Notes: generated from the sequence alone by a model not told the origin. DNA of 64,000 nt from an uncultured bacterium (GCA_963749495.1 CAVVMW010000019.1:294970-358969), one strand, 5' to 3'. Positions 10,389 through 22,176 are shown, counted from the first letter of the stretch. A program made the numbers and translations.

Positions 10389-11981
10389 TTGGCGCCCAAC
10401 CTGACAACGCAAGGCTATCTGTTGCTGGTGCTGCACGGGCACCTGCCCTTTGTGCGGCATCCCGAACGTGAGAGGTTTCTCGAGGAGAACTGGCTGTTCG
10501 AGGCGATAACGGAAAGCTACCTGCCACTGCTGGACCTGCTGGGTGGCTGGCAACGGGACGGCCTGGAGGCGCGGCTGACGGTGACGCTGACGCCGACGCT
10601 GTGCGCCATGCTGCAGGATGCGCTGTTGCAGGAGCGCTACCTTCGGCACATCGAGGGGCTCATCGAGTTGGCGGAACGGGAGACCCACCGCACGCTCTGG
10701 GACGGGGCCTTTCACAAGCTGGCGCTGTTCTATCTGGAGCGTCTGAGCCGGGCGCGCGAGTTTTACTTCGCCTGCCAGTGCGACCTGGTGGGCGCCTTCC
10801 GCGCTCTGCAGGACCAGGGGCGGGTGGAAATCGTCACCAGCGCCGCCACGCACGCGGTGCTCCCCTTGTTGGCCCTGCACCCGCCCTCGATCCGGGCGCA
10901 GGTCCTGGCCGCGCGCGACCATTACCAAAGTTGTTTTGGGCGCGAGCCCCGCGGCATCTGGTTGCCCGAATGCGCCTACGTCGAGGAACTCGAACCGGCC
11001 TTGCTCGAAGCCAACCTCCGGTGGTTCATCCTCGAGAGCCACGGCCTGCTCCACGCGCGGCCCCGGCCGCGGTTCGGCCTGTTTGCGCCGGTGTTCACCC
11101 CAAAGGGCCTCGCCGCCTTCGGCCGCGATCCCGATTCGGCCAGGCAAGTCTGGAGCCGGCACGAGGGCTACCCGGGCGACCCGCGCTACCGCGAGTTCTA
11201 TCGTGACATCGGGTTCGACCTCGACCTGGATTATGTGAGACCGCACCTGCCCGGCACCGGCGCGCGCAGCTTCACGGGCATCAAATACTACCGCATCACG
11301 GGCCCCTCCGAGCACAAGCAGCCGTATGACCCCCAGGCCGCAGCCCAGGCCGCTGAGACCCACGCCGCGCATTTCCTGGAGGCGCGCTGGGCGCAGATCC
11401 AACGCCCGGCGCAGGTCATGGAACGGCCGCCCCTGGTGCTCTGCCCCTACGACGCCGAACTCTTCGGTCATTGGTGGTACCAGGGGCCGGAATTCCTGGA
11501 TTCGGTTGTCCGCAGGGCCTGCGGCGGACAATCGGGCCTTTCGCTGATCACGCCGGGCGACTACCTGGGCCGCCACCCGGTCAACCAACTGGCCACGCCC
11601 GCCGCCTCGAGCTGGGGCGAGAACGGCTATTGGCGCGTTTGGCTCAACGACAAGACCGCCTGGCTCTACCCGCACCTGCACGTGGCCCAACAGCGCATGA
11701 CGGAACTGGCCCGGCGTTTCCCAAGCCCCGGCCCGCTGGAGGCGCGCGCCCTCAAGCAGGCGGCCCGCGAACTGCTCCTGGCCCAGGCCAGCGACTGGCC
11801 ATTCATGCTGCGCGCCGACACCAGCCCCGGCTACGCGCGCAAACGGGCATCCGAGCACCTGCTGCGCTTCAGCGCCCTTTACGACCAGCTTGCCAACGGG
11901 GCCGTCAAGGAACCCTGGCTCGCCCAAGTCGAATCGGCCGACAATCTCTTCACGGGGCTCGATTACCGATATTTCGCATAG
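10389..11981 (+). CDS. glycoside hydrolase family 57 1,4-alpha-glucan branching enzyme (DUF1957)
   Basis: 'VLHGHLPFV', '[12 protein letters not shown]', 'GIWLPEC', '[11 protein letters not shown]', '[14 protein letters not shown]'. Confidence 0.93.
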   Translation: MAPNLTTQGYLLLVLHGHLPFVRHPERERFLEENWLFEAITESYLPLLDLLGGWQRDGLEARLTVTLTPTLCAMLQDALLQERYLRHIEGLIELAERETHRTLWDGAFHKLALFYLERLSRAREFYFACQCDLVGAFRALQDQGRVEIVTSAATHAVLPLLALHPPSIRAQVLAARDHYQSCFGREPRGIWLPECAYVEELEPALLEANLRWFILESHGLLHARPRPRFGLFAPVFTPKGLAAFGRDPDSARQVWSRHEGYPGDPRYREFYRDIGFDLDLDYVRPHLPGTGARSFTGIKYYRITGPSEHKQPYDPQAAAQAAETHAAHFLEARWAQIQRPAQVMERPPLVLCPYDAELFGHWWYQGPEFLDSVVRRACGGQSGLSLITPGDYLGRHPVNQLATPAASSWGENGYWRVWLNDKTAWLYPHLHVAQQRMTELARRFPSPGPLEARALKQAARELLLAQASDWPFMLRADTSPGYARKRASEHLLRFSALYDQLANGAVKEPWLAQVESADNLFTGLDYRYFA

Positions 11982-11988
11982 TAAGGCC

Positions 11989-12229
11989 TCAGTGAAGGCG
12001 GCAGCGGGCCCCGCGGGCAGACCCCTCACCCCGGCCCTCTCCCCACCCGCTGCGACGGCGCGGCAGCGCGGCGAGTCGGATGGGGAGAGGGAGGATTCTC
12101 CGCAGCGTCTTGAGGAAGCGGAGAGGCCTGGAAATCCCAGAGACTGCCGACGCTTCTCCCTCTCCCCTTCGGAAGGGGAGAGGGCTGGGGTGAGGGGTTC
12201 GCCGAGGACTCCGTTTCCGCCTTCACTGA
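11989..12229. repeat. family B palindromic element with 13-bp terminal IR and ~23-bp flanking direct repeat
   Basis: TCAGTGAAGGCGG / CCGCCTTCACTGA ends; CCCCTCACCCCGGCCCTCTCCC core; direct repeat 11966-11988 vs 12230-12252. Confidence 0.8.
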
Positions 12230-12294
12230 CCGATATTTCGCATAGCATGGCGCCCTTGCCTTGGGGGGATTGGCCTGTTAAGGTGGGAGGCACG

Positions 12295-13078
12295 ATGGCT
12301 TTCTCGTTTGTCTTTTTGGGCTCAGGGACATCCCAAGGGGTTCCGGTGCTGGGCAGGGAGTACCCGGCGGAATTCCTCGCAAATCCCAAGAACCACCGGA
12401 CGCGGCCGTCCATTTATGTGGCAAGCCCGGAGGTGAAGCTGGTGGTGGATACGACCCCGGAATTTCGCATCCAGATGCTCCGGGAGCAGATACGGTGGTT
12501 GGACGCGGTGCTGTTCACCCATTCGCACGCCGACCATATCATGGGCCTGGACGATTGCCGGTCGTTCTGCAACATGCGGGACGGGCACACCCTGCCGGTC
12601 TATGCCAACCGCCAGACGATGAAAGACCTCGAACGGGTCTTTGCCTATGCCTTCCATGGGGCGCGCGAGGTGAAGGGCTATTTTGTCCCCGAACCGCACC
12701 TCATCGAGGGGTCGTTCAAGCTGAGGGATTTGGAGATCGTGCCGTTGCGCCTGCCGCACGGTTCGATGGAGAGTTGTGGTTTTCTGTTCCTGCAGGGCGG
12801 GCGCAAGCAGATGGCCTACCTGAGCGACTGCAGCGAGGTGCCCGGACTCGCGGTCGAAGAGGTTCGCGGTGTGCAGGTGGCGGTGCTCGACGCGCTGCGC
12901 CCGGCGCCGCACCCCACGCACATGTGTCTGGACGAGGCGCTGGCAGCCGCCCGGCGCATCGGGGCGGGGCGGACCTTTTTCACGCACCTGACGCATGATT
13001 ACGATCATGACGCGGCCCAGGCGGAGCCTGCCGCCCGGGGTGGAATTGGCTTATGACGGGCTGAAGGTTTCGGTATGA
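12295..13078 (+). CDS. MBL-fold metallo-hydrolase, PhnP-like (frameshift near 13027)
   Basis: '[11 protein letters not shown]', '[13 protein letters not shown]', 'YLSDC', 'HPTH', 'THLTHD'; ends 'LAYDGL.V' in the shifted frame. Confidence 0.88.
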
Positions 13079-14910
13079 TACCTAGAACTGGTTGGAGAAT
13101 TAACCGCAAAGAACGCAGAGATCACAAAGAAACACATTATTCCTTCCGGTCTCTGTGTTCTTTGCGTTCTTTGCGGTTAATTCTGCCACCGGCTCTGAGT
13201 CTGAGCCGGGCGGCGGGCCTGCTGTCAACTGTGGCGCTGCTGGCTTGGGCCGGGGTGGTGCCGGCACAGGCGGGCAGCGACGGCCAGGAGGTAGTGGTGA
13301 TCTATAACAAGCGGGTGGCGGAGTCCAAGGCCCTGGCCGAATACTACGCGCGGCGGCGCCAGGTGCCGCCCGGGCAGGTCTTCGGGTTCGATATGAGCCC
13401 CGCCGAGGAAATCTCGCGAGCCGAGTATCAAAAGGGGCTGGAGCGACCGCTGACCAACGCAATCGGCAGCCGCAAGCTCTGGCAAATCGGGCCGGTCACC
13501 TCCCCGTCCATAGCGACGCCCGGGGGCAAGACGGAACGGCGGGTGATTCACTCGAAGATTCGGTACGCGGTGCTTTGCTACGGGGTGCCGCTGCGCATCG
13601 CGGAGGACCCCAGCATCAAGGAGGATGGTCCCGAGAGCGGGCCTGCCGAGGCGCGCCGCAATGGGGCGGCAGTGGACAGCGAACTGGCGCTGCTGCCGCT
13701 GATCGAGGCCAAGCACCCGCTCAACGGCTGGTATCCCAGCCCGGTTTATACCGCAACGAACGCCTTTGCGCTGCACCCGACCAACGGCGTGCTGATGGTG
13801 ACGCGGTTGGACGGCCCCACCGCCGCCATCGCGCGCGGGTTGGTGGACAAGGCCATGGAAGCGGAGACCAACGGCCTCTGGGGCCGGGCCTACTTCGACC
13901 TGCGCAACACGACGGTGCCCGGCCTGGAGATCGGCGATCGGTGGATTCGCAACGCCTCGGAAATCTGCCGCCGGCTGGGATTCGAAACCGTGGTGGACGA
14001 GCATGGCCTGACCTTTCCGGCCGGGTTTCCCATGAGCCAGATAGCGCTCTACCTGGGCTGGTATGACGAGCACGTCAGCGGGCCGTTCGCGCAGCCCAAG
14101 GTCGAGTTCATGCCCGGGGCCTTCGCCTATCATTTGCACTCCTACAGCGCCTGCAGCCTGCGCACTACCAACCGTTACTGGGTGGGCCCGCTGCTGGCCA
14201 AGGGCGCCACGGCCACCATGGGCTGCGTGGCCGAGCCGTTCCTGGTTGGCACGCCGGACCTGGCGACGTTCGTGGGCCGGCTGGTCTATTCGGGCTTTTC
14301 CTTTGGGGAAGCGGCTTACGCCTCGCAGCGGCTGCTCTCGTGGCAGGTCACCGTCGTGGGCAACCCGCTCTATCGGCCCTTCGGGCGGAACCCGGACCAA
14401 CTCCTCCAGGAGCTGGAGGCGCGCGACAGCCCGTGGCGTGAATGGGCCTACTTGCGGTTGCTCGACCTGAACCTGGCAAACGGAAAGTCACCGCAGGACG
14501 GGCTCACCTTCCTCGAGCAACTCGAATTGGCAAAACACAGCGCGGTCCTCACCGAGAAACTGGCTGACCTCTACGCGGCCCTGGGCAAGCCCGCCTCTGC
14601 CGTCCACTCTTACGCCCAAGCCCTCGCACTGAACCCTTCGCCCCAGCAACGCATCCGCATCAGGCTGGTCCTGGGCGAGAAGCTGACGGCCTTGAACGAT
14701 GAGGAGCCGGGGGCCGGCCAGAAGGCCTATGAGAATTACCAGAACCTGCTCCAGGAAGCCCCCGATTACCCCGACCAGCCGGCGGTCTATCAGCACCTGC
14801 TGTTCCTGGCCCAGAAGCTCAACAAAAAGGCCGACGCAGAGCGTTACGACGCCCTGCTGCACCCTGCCGCCGGCACCAATGGGGCCGCCGGAGGCGCGGC
14901 CGCCAAATAG
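13075..14910 (+). CDS. TIGR03790-family secreted protein with C-terminal TPR-like region
   Basis: 'VVVIYN....ES..LAEYYA..R.VP', 'AVDSEL', 'VTRLDGP', 'PGAFAYHLHS.SA', 'GATATMG.V.EP'. Start uncertain because a palindrome occupies 13100-13180. Confidence 0.8.
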   Translation: MIPRTGWRINRKERRDHKETHYSFRSLCSLRSLRLILPPALSLSRAAGLLSTVALLAWAGVVPAQAGSDGQEVVVIYNKRVAESKALAEYYARRRQVPPGQVFGFDMSPAEEISRAEYQKGLERPLTNAIGSRKLWQIGPVTSPSIATPGGKTERRVIHSKIRYAVLCYGVPLRIAEDPSIKEDGPESGPAEARRNGAAVDSELALLPLIEAKHPLNGWYPSPVYTATNAFALHPTNGVLMVTRLDGPTAAIARGLVDKAMEAETNGLWGRAYFDLRNTTVPGLEIGDRWIRNASEICRRLGFETVVDEHGLTFPAGFPMSQIALYLGWYDEHVSGPFAQPKVEFMPGAFAYHLHSYSACSLRTTNRYWVGPLLAKGATATMGCVAEPFLVGTPDLATFVGRLVYSGFSFGEAAYASQRLLSWQVTVVGNPLYRPFGRNPDQLLQELEARDSPWREWAYLRLLDLNLANGKSPQDGLTFLEQLELAKHSAVLTEKLADLYAALGKPASAVHSYAQALALNPSPQQRIRIRLVLGEKLTALNDEEPGAGQKAYENYQNLLQEAPDYPDQPAVYQHLLFLAQKLNKKADAERYDALLHPAAGTNGAAGGAAAK

Positions 14911-14918
14911 GAACGATT

Positions 14919-15863
14919 GTGCAAACTATCCCTCTTGGCGTGAGCCCGCTGAAGAGCAGCCGCCTGGCTTATGGGTGCTGGCGGGTGGCGGGGACATGGA
15001 ACCCTGGCGAAGTCACGGCCGAAGGCCGGACGGCAGGCGCGCGCGCCATCCGCGCCGCCTACGAGGCGGGCTACACCTTGTTCGACAACGCGGACATCTA
15101 CTGCGGGGGGGAGGCCGAGCGCATCCTTGGCCAGGCGCTCAAGGAGGTGCCGGGCATGCGGGAGCGCGTCCTGGTCGCGACCAAGGGCGGCATCCGACCC
15201 GGGGGCGACCCGCGGCCCGATTCGCCGCCCCGGTATGACTTTTCCGCCGGCCACCTCGTGCGCGCGTGCGAGGCCTCGCTCAAACGCCTGGGCATCGAGA
15301 CCATCGACCTCTACCTGTTGCACCGGCCCGATTACCTGGCCGACCCGCAGGAGATAGCGCAGGCCTTCTCGCAGCTCAAGGCGGCGGGCAAGGTCCGCTA
15401 TTTCGGCGTGAGCAATTTCCGTCCGACGCTGGTCACCGCGCTGCAGGCGGCCTGCCCGATGCCGCTGGTGGCCCACCAAGTCGAGATCAGCCTGGCCAGG
15501 CTCGACTCCTTTACGGACGGCACGCTGGACCAATGCCTGATCGAGAACCTCACGCCGATGGCCTGGAGCCCGTTGGCCGCCGGCTTGCTGGGCAGCGGCC
15601 CCGGGGAGTTGCTCCCCTCGCAGAAGCTTTACCGGCCCGAGCGATTTCTGCCGGCCATAGATGCCCTGGCGCGGGCCAGGGGCGTCAGCCGCACGAGCAT
15701 TGCCCTGGCCTGGCTCCTGAAGCATCCGAGCACGATCCTGCCGGTGGTCGGCTCGACCCGGCCCGAGCGCATCCGGGAGGCCGCCATGGCCACCGACTTG
15801 GACCTCACTCGCGAGGAATGGTACCGCTTGCTGATAGCGGCGCGCGGGGAACCGCTGCCGTGA
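14919..15863 (+). CDS. aldo/keto reductase (YdhF-like)
   Basis: 'FDNADIY', 'TKGGI', 'LYLLHRPD', 'GKVRYFGVSNF', 'AWSPL'. Confidence 0.92.
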   Translation: MQTIPLGVSPLKSSRLAYGCWRVAGTWNPGEVTAEGRTAGARAIRAAYEAGYTLFDNADIYCGGEAERILGQALKEVPGMRERVLVATKGGIRPGGDPRPDSPPRYDFSAGHLVRACEASLKRLGIETIDLYLLHRPDYLADPQEIAQAFSQLKAAGKVRYFGVSNFRPTLVTALQAACPMPLVAHQVEISLARLDSFTDGTLDQCLIENLTPMAWSPLAAGLLGSGPGELLPSQKLYRPERFLPAIDALARARGVSRTSIALAWLLKHPSTILPVVGSTRPERIREAAMATDLDLTREEWYRLLIAARGEPLP

Positions 15864-15889
15864 GACGCCGAGGGACGAGGGGGGGAGGA

Positions 15890-16033
15890 AGTCCACAGTC
15901 CACAGTCCACAGTCCACAGTCGGCAGACCGTCCTCCGTCATTCGTCATTCGTCATTCGTCATTCGTCATTCGTCATTCGTCATTCGTCATTCGTCATTCG
16001 TCATTCGTCATTCGTCATTCGTCATTCGTCATT
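15890..16033. repeat. tandem heptamers AGTCCAC x4 and CGTCATT x14
   Basis: Perfect CGTCATT array at 15936-16033. Confidence 0.95.
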
Positions 16034-16069
16034 CCTCGTTCCCCTCGCCCCTCTTCACCATGATTCACT

Positions 16070-16669
16070 ATGCCTGAACAAGCCCCTTATCGGTTGTTCG
16101 TCGCGCTGACGCTGCCAGAGGCAGTGAAAGCGGAGGTCGAGAGGGCCCAAGGGGAACTGCGCCGCGCCCTGGAGGACGCGAGGGTGAGCTGGACCCGGGT
16201 CGAGCAATTTCATCTCACGCTCAGATTCCTGGGCAACGTTGAGGCGGCGCGGGTGGAGGGGTTGGCCCAGGCGGTGCGCGAGGTGTGCTCGGGCTTCGTT
16301 CCCCTTCGGTTACGGGCGGAGCAACTCGGGTGCTTTCCGAGCCCGCGCGCTCCCCGGGTGATCTGGGCAGGGGTGACGGACTCCGCGGGGGATTTGCCGC
16401 GTCTGCACGGCGCCGTCGAGAGGGCTTGCGCCGGTTTCTCCGCCGAACCACCCGCTGAGCGCTTCAGCGGGCACGTGACCCTGGGGCGGATCAAGTCCAT
16501 CGGGCGCACTGAGGCCGAGGCCCTGGCCGGCCTGTTGCGGGCAATGGCGGGGAGGTTTTTCGGCCAGTGGACCAGCCAACACATCGAGGTCATGCGCAGT
16601 GAACTCTCGCCCCAAGGCGCACACCACACGGTGCTGGCGCAGGTGCCATTGGGTGGCAGCAGTTACTAA
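16070..16669 (+). CDS. thpR: RNA 2',3'-cyclic phosphodiesterase (2H family)
   Basis: 'RLFVAL' and two HxT motifs (HLTLRFLG, HVTLGR). Confidence 0.92.
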   Translation: MPEQAPYRLFVALTLPEAVKAEVERAQGELRRALEDARVSWTRVEQFHLTLRFLGNVEAARVEGLAQAVREVCSGFVPLRLRAEQLGCFPSPRAPRVIWAGVTDSAGDLPRLHGAVERACAGFSAEPPAERFSGHVTLGRIKSIGRTEAEALAGLLRAMAGRFFGQWTSQHIEVMRSELSPQGAHHTVLAQVPLGGSSY

Positions 16670-16819
16670 ATCGGAGCAACCAACCTTGCCACCCCCATGC
16701 GGATTCCGGACCTTCGTCGCAGCCTTTATCGCAACCTTTGTCGAAGGCCCCAATTCTCGACAAAGGACCCGACAAAGGCTGCGACAAAGGTCGTGCCAAT
16801 GTTGCGTGGTTCGATTTAG
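16666..16819. repeat. 154-bp MITE-like palindromic element (family A)
   Basis: CTAAATCG...CGATTTAG ends; paralog of 10217-10370. Confidence 0.8.
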
Positions 16820-17242
16820 TCAGCCCGTCCTTCCAGGGCGCTCCCAGGGATCAAGGACAGGATGAAAGAAGTCGGCTCGGTTACGGGTGATGACAGTCAG
16901 GCCAAAATGCAGGGCGGTGGCTTCAATTTGGCTGTCCAGCACGGAGAGAGTTCGGCCGTGTTTCTGGGCATCCGCGACCAGCCTTCCCCATTCCACCGCC
17001 ACGCCCTCGGTAAAGTCGAGGACCTTCCCCGCATAATCGTGGCGGAGGAAATCCAAAGCCCGCTCCAGCCGTCGGCGCCTCTTGCCCTCCGGGAGCCGTT
17101 CAATGCCGAGGGTCATTTCACCGATGCTGATCGCGCTTAAGGCGCTCTCGGCCTCGTTGTCCTCCAGCCACTCCACGAGACCCGGAAAGGGCGCAGGCTT
17201 AGCCAATTCCGAGACCGTGTTGGTGTCCAGCAGCCATTTCAC
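16820..17242 (-). CDS. vapC: VapC-like PIN-domain toxin
   Basis: 'WLLDTNTVSE', 'SIGE', 'D.QI.ATAL', 'TRN..DF'. Confidence 0.9.
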   Translation of the reverse strand: MKWLLDTNTVSELAKPAPFPGLVEWLEDNEAESALSAISIGEMTLGIERLPEGKRRRRLERALDFLRHDYAGKVLDFTEGVAVEWGRLVADAQKHGRTLSVLDSQIEATALHFGLTVITRNRADFFHPVLDPWERPGRTG

Positions 17243-17470
17243 CAGGCCACCTCCCGGACTCGCTCACGATTACGTTGCAGCTTCAGACCGCGCAACCGAC
17301 GCAAATGCCATGCGAGTGATCTTTTCGGGAGCCGCGAGCGTCGAAGGAGAATGTCACCGTTGGAGAGGCTCGAAAAGAACGAAGTCGTCGCCGGGGCGGA
17401 TTTCCTGGCGCTCGCGCACCTGCCGGGGGATAACCACTTGCCCTTTGCTGGAGATCGTCGTCGTCATCAT
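17239..17470 (-). CDS. AbrB/MazE-family antitoxin (one frameshift; absent from the ORF track)
   Basis: Reverse strand reads 'MMTTTISSKGQVVIPRQVRERQEIRPGDD'; the presumed stop overlaps the vapC GTG. Confidence 0.8.
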
Positions 17471-17598
17471 CGGGTAAGATGGGCTTACACGACTTCTCAG
17501 TCAAGGCTGCGATGGTCTGGAATCCGGGCGTTCTCAGGGGCGGCACGCCGGGAAGCTTGCTCTTGTTGATGCCAAGCCCGAGTGATAGTCTCTGGGCG

Positions 17599-20195
17599 AT
17601 GCATGACCTGGAAGACTTGCTGGCAAGAGCGGCCGGCGTGGCCCGCGAGTTTGGGGCCACGCGGTGGCTGCTGTTGGGTCGGGCGGTGTTACTCTGCGCA
17701 CTAGTGTGGTTGCCGGATGGAGAGCCCGCGGCTTGGGGGCAGGCGATTTATGCCACGCCTTACGTTTTCTCGACTATCGCCGGCAATGCCGGATATGGGA
17801 TTGCAGACGGCACGGGCAGCGCGGCACGGTTCAACAGTCCGATGGGGATAGCGGTGGGTGGGGCGGGCGAGCTTTATGTCACGGATGCCGCTAACAGCAC
17901 CGTGCGGGTGATCACGCCGGGAGTTTCGGGCGGAAAAACCAACTGGACGGTTGCAACGATTGCCGGGTTGGCCGGCAGTCGCGGCAGCGCGGACGGGGCC
18001 GGCAGTGCGGCGCGGTTCTCGCTCCCGCACGGCATCGCGGTGGACACCGCCGGCAACCTCTACGTGGCGGACACAGTGAACAACACGATCCGCATGCTCA
18101 CGCGCAGCCTCTCCGGGGGACAGACGGTTTGGACGGTGAGCACGATAGCGGGTTCGGCGGCGGCACCTGGCACCAACGACGGTGTTGGCGGCGCGGCGCA
18201 GTTCAACGGCCCCACTGACGTGGCCGTGGCCCGCGACGGCTCTCTTTATGTGACCGACACGGCCAACCGCGTCATCCGCATGATCACGCCGAGCGTCTCG
18301 GCAGGGCAGACCAATTGGGTGGTGAGCACCATCGCCTGCGAAGCCGGCAGCGCCGGTGGCGGGACAGACGGCACCGGCAGTGCGGCTCGGTTTCAAAAGC
18401 CGTTCGGCATTACCTTGGATGGCGCGGGCAACCTTTATGCCACCGATTATTCCGGGAGCACCATTCGCATGCTCACGCGCAGTCTTTCCGGCGGGCAGAC
18501 CGCGTGGACCGTCAGCACGATTGCAGGCTCCTATGGACAACCCGGCGCCAACGACGGCGTTGGCCAGGCCGCACTGTTTGCTATTCCATACGGAATCACC
18601 GTCAACGGGCCGGCAACCTCTATGTGGCCGATGGGGCGCACACGATTCGCGAAATCGCCCCGACCGTCTCCGGTGGGCAGACCAACTGGGTCGTGAAGAC
18701 TATCGCCGGCTCTGCCGGGAACTTCGGCAGCGACGACGGCCCCGGGGACTTGGCGCTCTTCAACTATCCGCACGGCGTTGCGGCCGACCGCTCGGGAGCC
18801 GTGTATGTGACCGACACGGCCAACAACATCATCCGGCAGCTTGTCCGGAAGGCCTCTGCCGGGTCCACCGGCTGGGCCGTCTCGACGATCGCAGGGTTGG
18901 CAGGCGGCTTCGGCTACGGCGATGGCATCGGGAGTGCGGCGAGTTTCTTTTCACCGGCGGGGATTGTATTGGTTGGGGCGGGCGGCCTTTACGTAGCGGA
19001 CCTCGGCAACAACACGATTCGCAAAATGAGCCCCGTTTTGTCGGCCGGCCAAACCAACTGGGCAGTCACGACCATTGCCGGCTACCCCATGGTGAGTGGC
19101 AGCGACAACGGTCCAGGGGACCAGGCCCTCTTCTCGAACCCATCTGGCATCGCCGCCGACAGCGCGGGCGAACTCTACGTGGCCGATAGCGGCAATTCCA
19201 CGATACGCCGCCTGGTCCCCAGCGGCTCCGGCGGGCAGACCAATTGGACGGTGAGCACGATAGCCGGGTCGCCAACAGCCTTTGGCACCAACGATGGGCC
19301 GGGCAGCACGGCCCTGTTCAACGGCCCAAACGGCATCGCCGCCGACAGCGCCGGCAACCTCTATGTCGCCGATTCGGACAACTCGACTATCCGAAAACTG
19401 ACTCGCGCAGGCCAGAGTACCTGGGTCGTGACGACCCTGGCGGGAACGGCGGAGGTGTCCGGCGGCAATGACGGCATCGGCGGCGCGGCCCAGTTCAACT
19501 ATCCCTGCGCCATCGCGTTGGATCAGGCCGGCATCCTGTATGTGGCAGACACCGCCAACAACACGATCCGGCAAATCACCCCGCAAGTTGCCGCGGGCCA
19601 GACCAACTGGATCGTGACGACGATCGCCGGCTCCGCCGGTATATCTGACAGCGCCGATGGACCGGGCAGCGCGGCCCGCTTCTCGGGGCCGTCGGGCATT
19701 GCCGCGGACCGGGCCGGCAACGTCTATGTGGCGGATACTTCCAACAACACCCTCCGCAAGCTGCAGCCCGGTTCCTCGACTGGGCAGGGGCAATGGACGG
19801 TCACCACCCTGGGCGGGTTGGCCGGCGTCTATGGCGCTGCGGACGGCCTCGGCGGCACGGCGCGGTTCGACTCGCCTGCGGGAATCGCGCTGGACACCAC
19901 GGGCAAGCTCTACGTGGCCGATAACCACAACAACACGATCCGGCTGGGGGTCTCGCCACCCTATATTCTCCTGGGGACGCCGGCGATTGCCAATGGCCGC
20001 ATCCAGATCCCTTTCTCCCTCTTGTCCGGCGCGGCGGGGGCGTTTTATCTGCTGAACGCGAACGCGCCGGGCGGCACATGGGCCACAAACAGCGCGGCGG
20101 TTTTGAGCACTAATGCCCCGGGGACCTCCTATACCTTCTCCGCGCCGCTGCCCAACGCGGCAGCGCAGTTCTATCGCGTGATGCGGCCATACTGA
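17599..20195 (+). CDS. secreted NHL-repeat beta-propeller protein (frameshift near 18605)
   Basis: About 11 NHL units with a 'GQTNW.V.TIAG' insert; hydrophobic N-terminal signal; C-terminal 'W.TN...QFYRV' domain. Confidence 0.85.
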
Positions 20196-20218
20196 GGAGT
20201 CCGCGGGATGCACTAAGG

Positions 20219-20378
20219 GGCCGGCCCCTCACCCCAGCCCTCTCCCCATCGGATGGGGAGAGGGAGAAGTCTCCGTATTCGCTCGACGAACCGGAGGTGC
20301 CTGGAACTTCAAGAGACTGCCGACGCCTCTCCCTCTCCCCTTCGGAAGGGGAGAGGGCTGGGGTGAGGGGTTGACCGG
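20219..20378. repeat. family B palindromic element
   Basis: CCCCTCACCCCAGCCCTCTCCCC ... GGGGAGAGGGCTGGGGTGAGGGG. Confidence 0.85.
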
Positions 20379-20463
20379 TCGGTTACGACCACGGGACCAA
20401 TCGTCTTGACTGCCTGTGTGCTGCGGGTAGGATGGCGCCACTAAATTCTATCCCGGTGTGAAT

Positions 20464-21793
20464 ATGAAGAAGCAGACTACTTGTTGTTATCGCGGCGGCC
20501 TGGGCGTTGGCTGCGCCCGGCCTGCCGGGCGCCGAACCTGCCGGCAGCCCGCCGGAGGGGCTCAAACCTATCGGCCAGCCCAAGGGCATCCATCCGGGCC
20601 GGGTCGTCTGGGTACACGACGCGCAGGTGCTGGATTGGAAGGGACCCGGTGACGGGCATTGGTATGAAGGGGGCCACACGCGGCAGGACCGGGCGGACGG
20701 GATGATGGCCAGGGCGGTGTGCGAATTGACCGGGGAACCGACGGTGTCGAGGGCCTGGGACAAGCTGTTCCGGCACCTGAACCAGGCGCGGGGCAAGGGC
20801 GACGCGGGCTATAAACCAGGGGAGAAGATTCTTATCAAGCCGAACTGGGTCGGGATGATCTGGCGGGAAGGGGCGGTGGACGCGGAAACCTACACGCTGG
20901 CGAAGCGGCAGGATTATATGAACACGTCTCCGCAAATGATCCTGGCGCTGCTCAAGCAATTGACCGGCGCCGTGGGAGCCAGGCAGGCCGATATCACCGT
21001 GTCCGACACTCTGGCCTACCTCGTGAACGAGTACTACAATGTCCTGCACAAGGAGTTCCCCGAGGTCCGCTATGTGGATTACGGCGGGAAATTCGGCCGC
21101 ATCAAAGCGGAGGCCTCTTCGGTGCCGCTCTATTGGAGCAGCCGTCCCGAGGGCAACAAGCCGGACTACCTGCCCACGTGCTTCGCCGAGGCGGACTACC
21201 TGATCAACTTCGCCACCCTCAAGGCGCACACCGCCGCGGGCGTGACGCTCTGTGGCAAGAACCACTTTGGCTCGATGGTCCGTTGGCCGGCGCAGGAAGG
21301 CTATTACGACATGCACCACAACTCCTTCTCCAGGCAGGAAAAGGTCTATCGGGAACAAGTGGACCTGCTGGGCCACGCGCACCTCGGCGGCAAGACGGTG
21401 CTATACCTGATCGATGGGCTGTTTTGCGGCAAGCACCCGGTGGATGCCGCGCCCAGGAAGATGAACCTGCCGCCCTTCAACGGTGACTGGCCCAAGAGCC
21501 TGTTTGCCTCCCAGGACCCCGTGGCTATCGATTCGGTAGGCTTTGATTTCCTTTATAGCGAGTTTGAGGATTTCCCGCGGCGCCCCGGCGCGGATGATTA
21601 CCTGCACGAGGCCGCCCTGGCCAACAATCCGCCTTCCTGCACATTCTACGATCCGGACCATCCTCAACCGACCAAGCGGTTGCAGAGCCTGGGCGTACAC
21701 GAGCATTGGAACAATCCAAAGGATAAGAAGTATTCGCGCAACCTGGGCACGGGCCTGGGGATTGAATTGATAGCAGTGGATCTGGGCACTTGA
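20464..21793 (+). CDS. secreted DUF362-domain protein (probable frameshift in the signal peptide)
   Basis: 'PIG..KGIHPGRVVWVHD', 'KILIKPN', 'YLIN.ATLKAH..AGVTL.GKNHFG', 'SQDPVAIDSV', 'LGVHEHWNN'. Confidence 0.8.
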
Positions 21794-21824
21794 CATTCTT
21801 GCAATCCTCTCCAGACTCCGCGGC

Positions 21825-22127
21825 ATGCAATCATTCTTAACTCTAACACCGCGACAACTTAGAAAGGCAGCCAACGTCCAGGAAAGGATTGAAGGGCTCA
21901 ACAAAAAACTGCAGCAACTCCTGGGCGTTGCGGGCGAAGCTCCGGCAGCACAAGCGCCCGGGGGACGCAGAGGAGGCCGAAGGGCCCGGCGAGCCGGTGT
22001 GCTGGCCGAGGCGGCGCCCGCCACAGCGCGCAAGCGGAAATTCAGTGCCGCCGGCAGACGCGCCCTCTCGCGGGCTGCCAAAGCCAGGTGGGCCAGAGCC
22101 AAGGCTCTGGGGAGAACGAGGCTCTAA
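21825..22127 (+). CDS. small basic protein, N-terminal coiled coil plus 'KFSAAGRRALSRAAKARWA' tail; putative nucleic-acid binding
   Basis: 100 aa, very Arg/Lys/Ala-rich; promoter-like TTGACA-16-CAGACT just upstream. Confidence 0.7.
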   Translation: MQSFLTLTPRQLRKAANVQERIEGLNKKLQQLLGVAGEAPAAQAPGGRRGGRRARRAGVLAEAAPATARKRKFSAAGRRALSRAAKARWARAKALGRTRL

Positions 22128-22176
22128 GGGTTCCTCCAAGAATTAATTCCGGTCTTCTTGTCCGCAGGCCGTATCG

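Noticed and set aside
10353..12413. Long antisense ORFs (also 23391-24992, 44123-45838, 51528-53264, 55711-57984)
   Set aside because: Shadow ORFs opposite well-supported genes in high-GC DNA.
15936..16033. CGTCATT array as CRISPR
   Set aside because: Contiguous 7-mers, no spacers, no cas genes.
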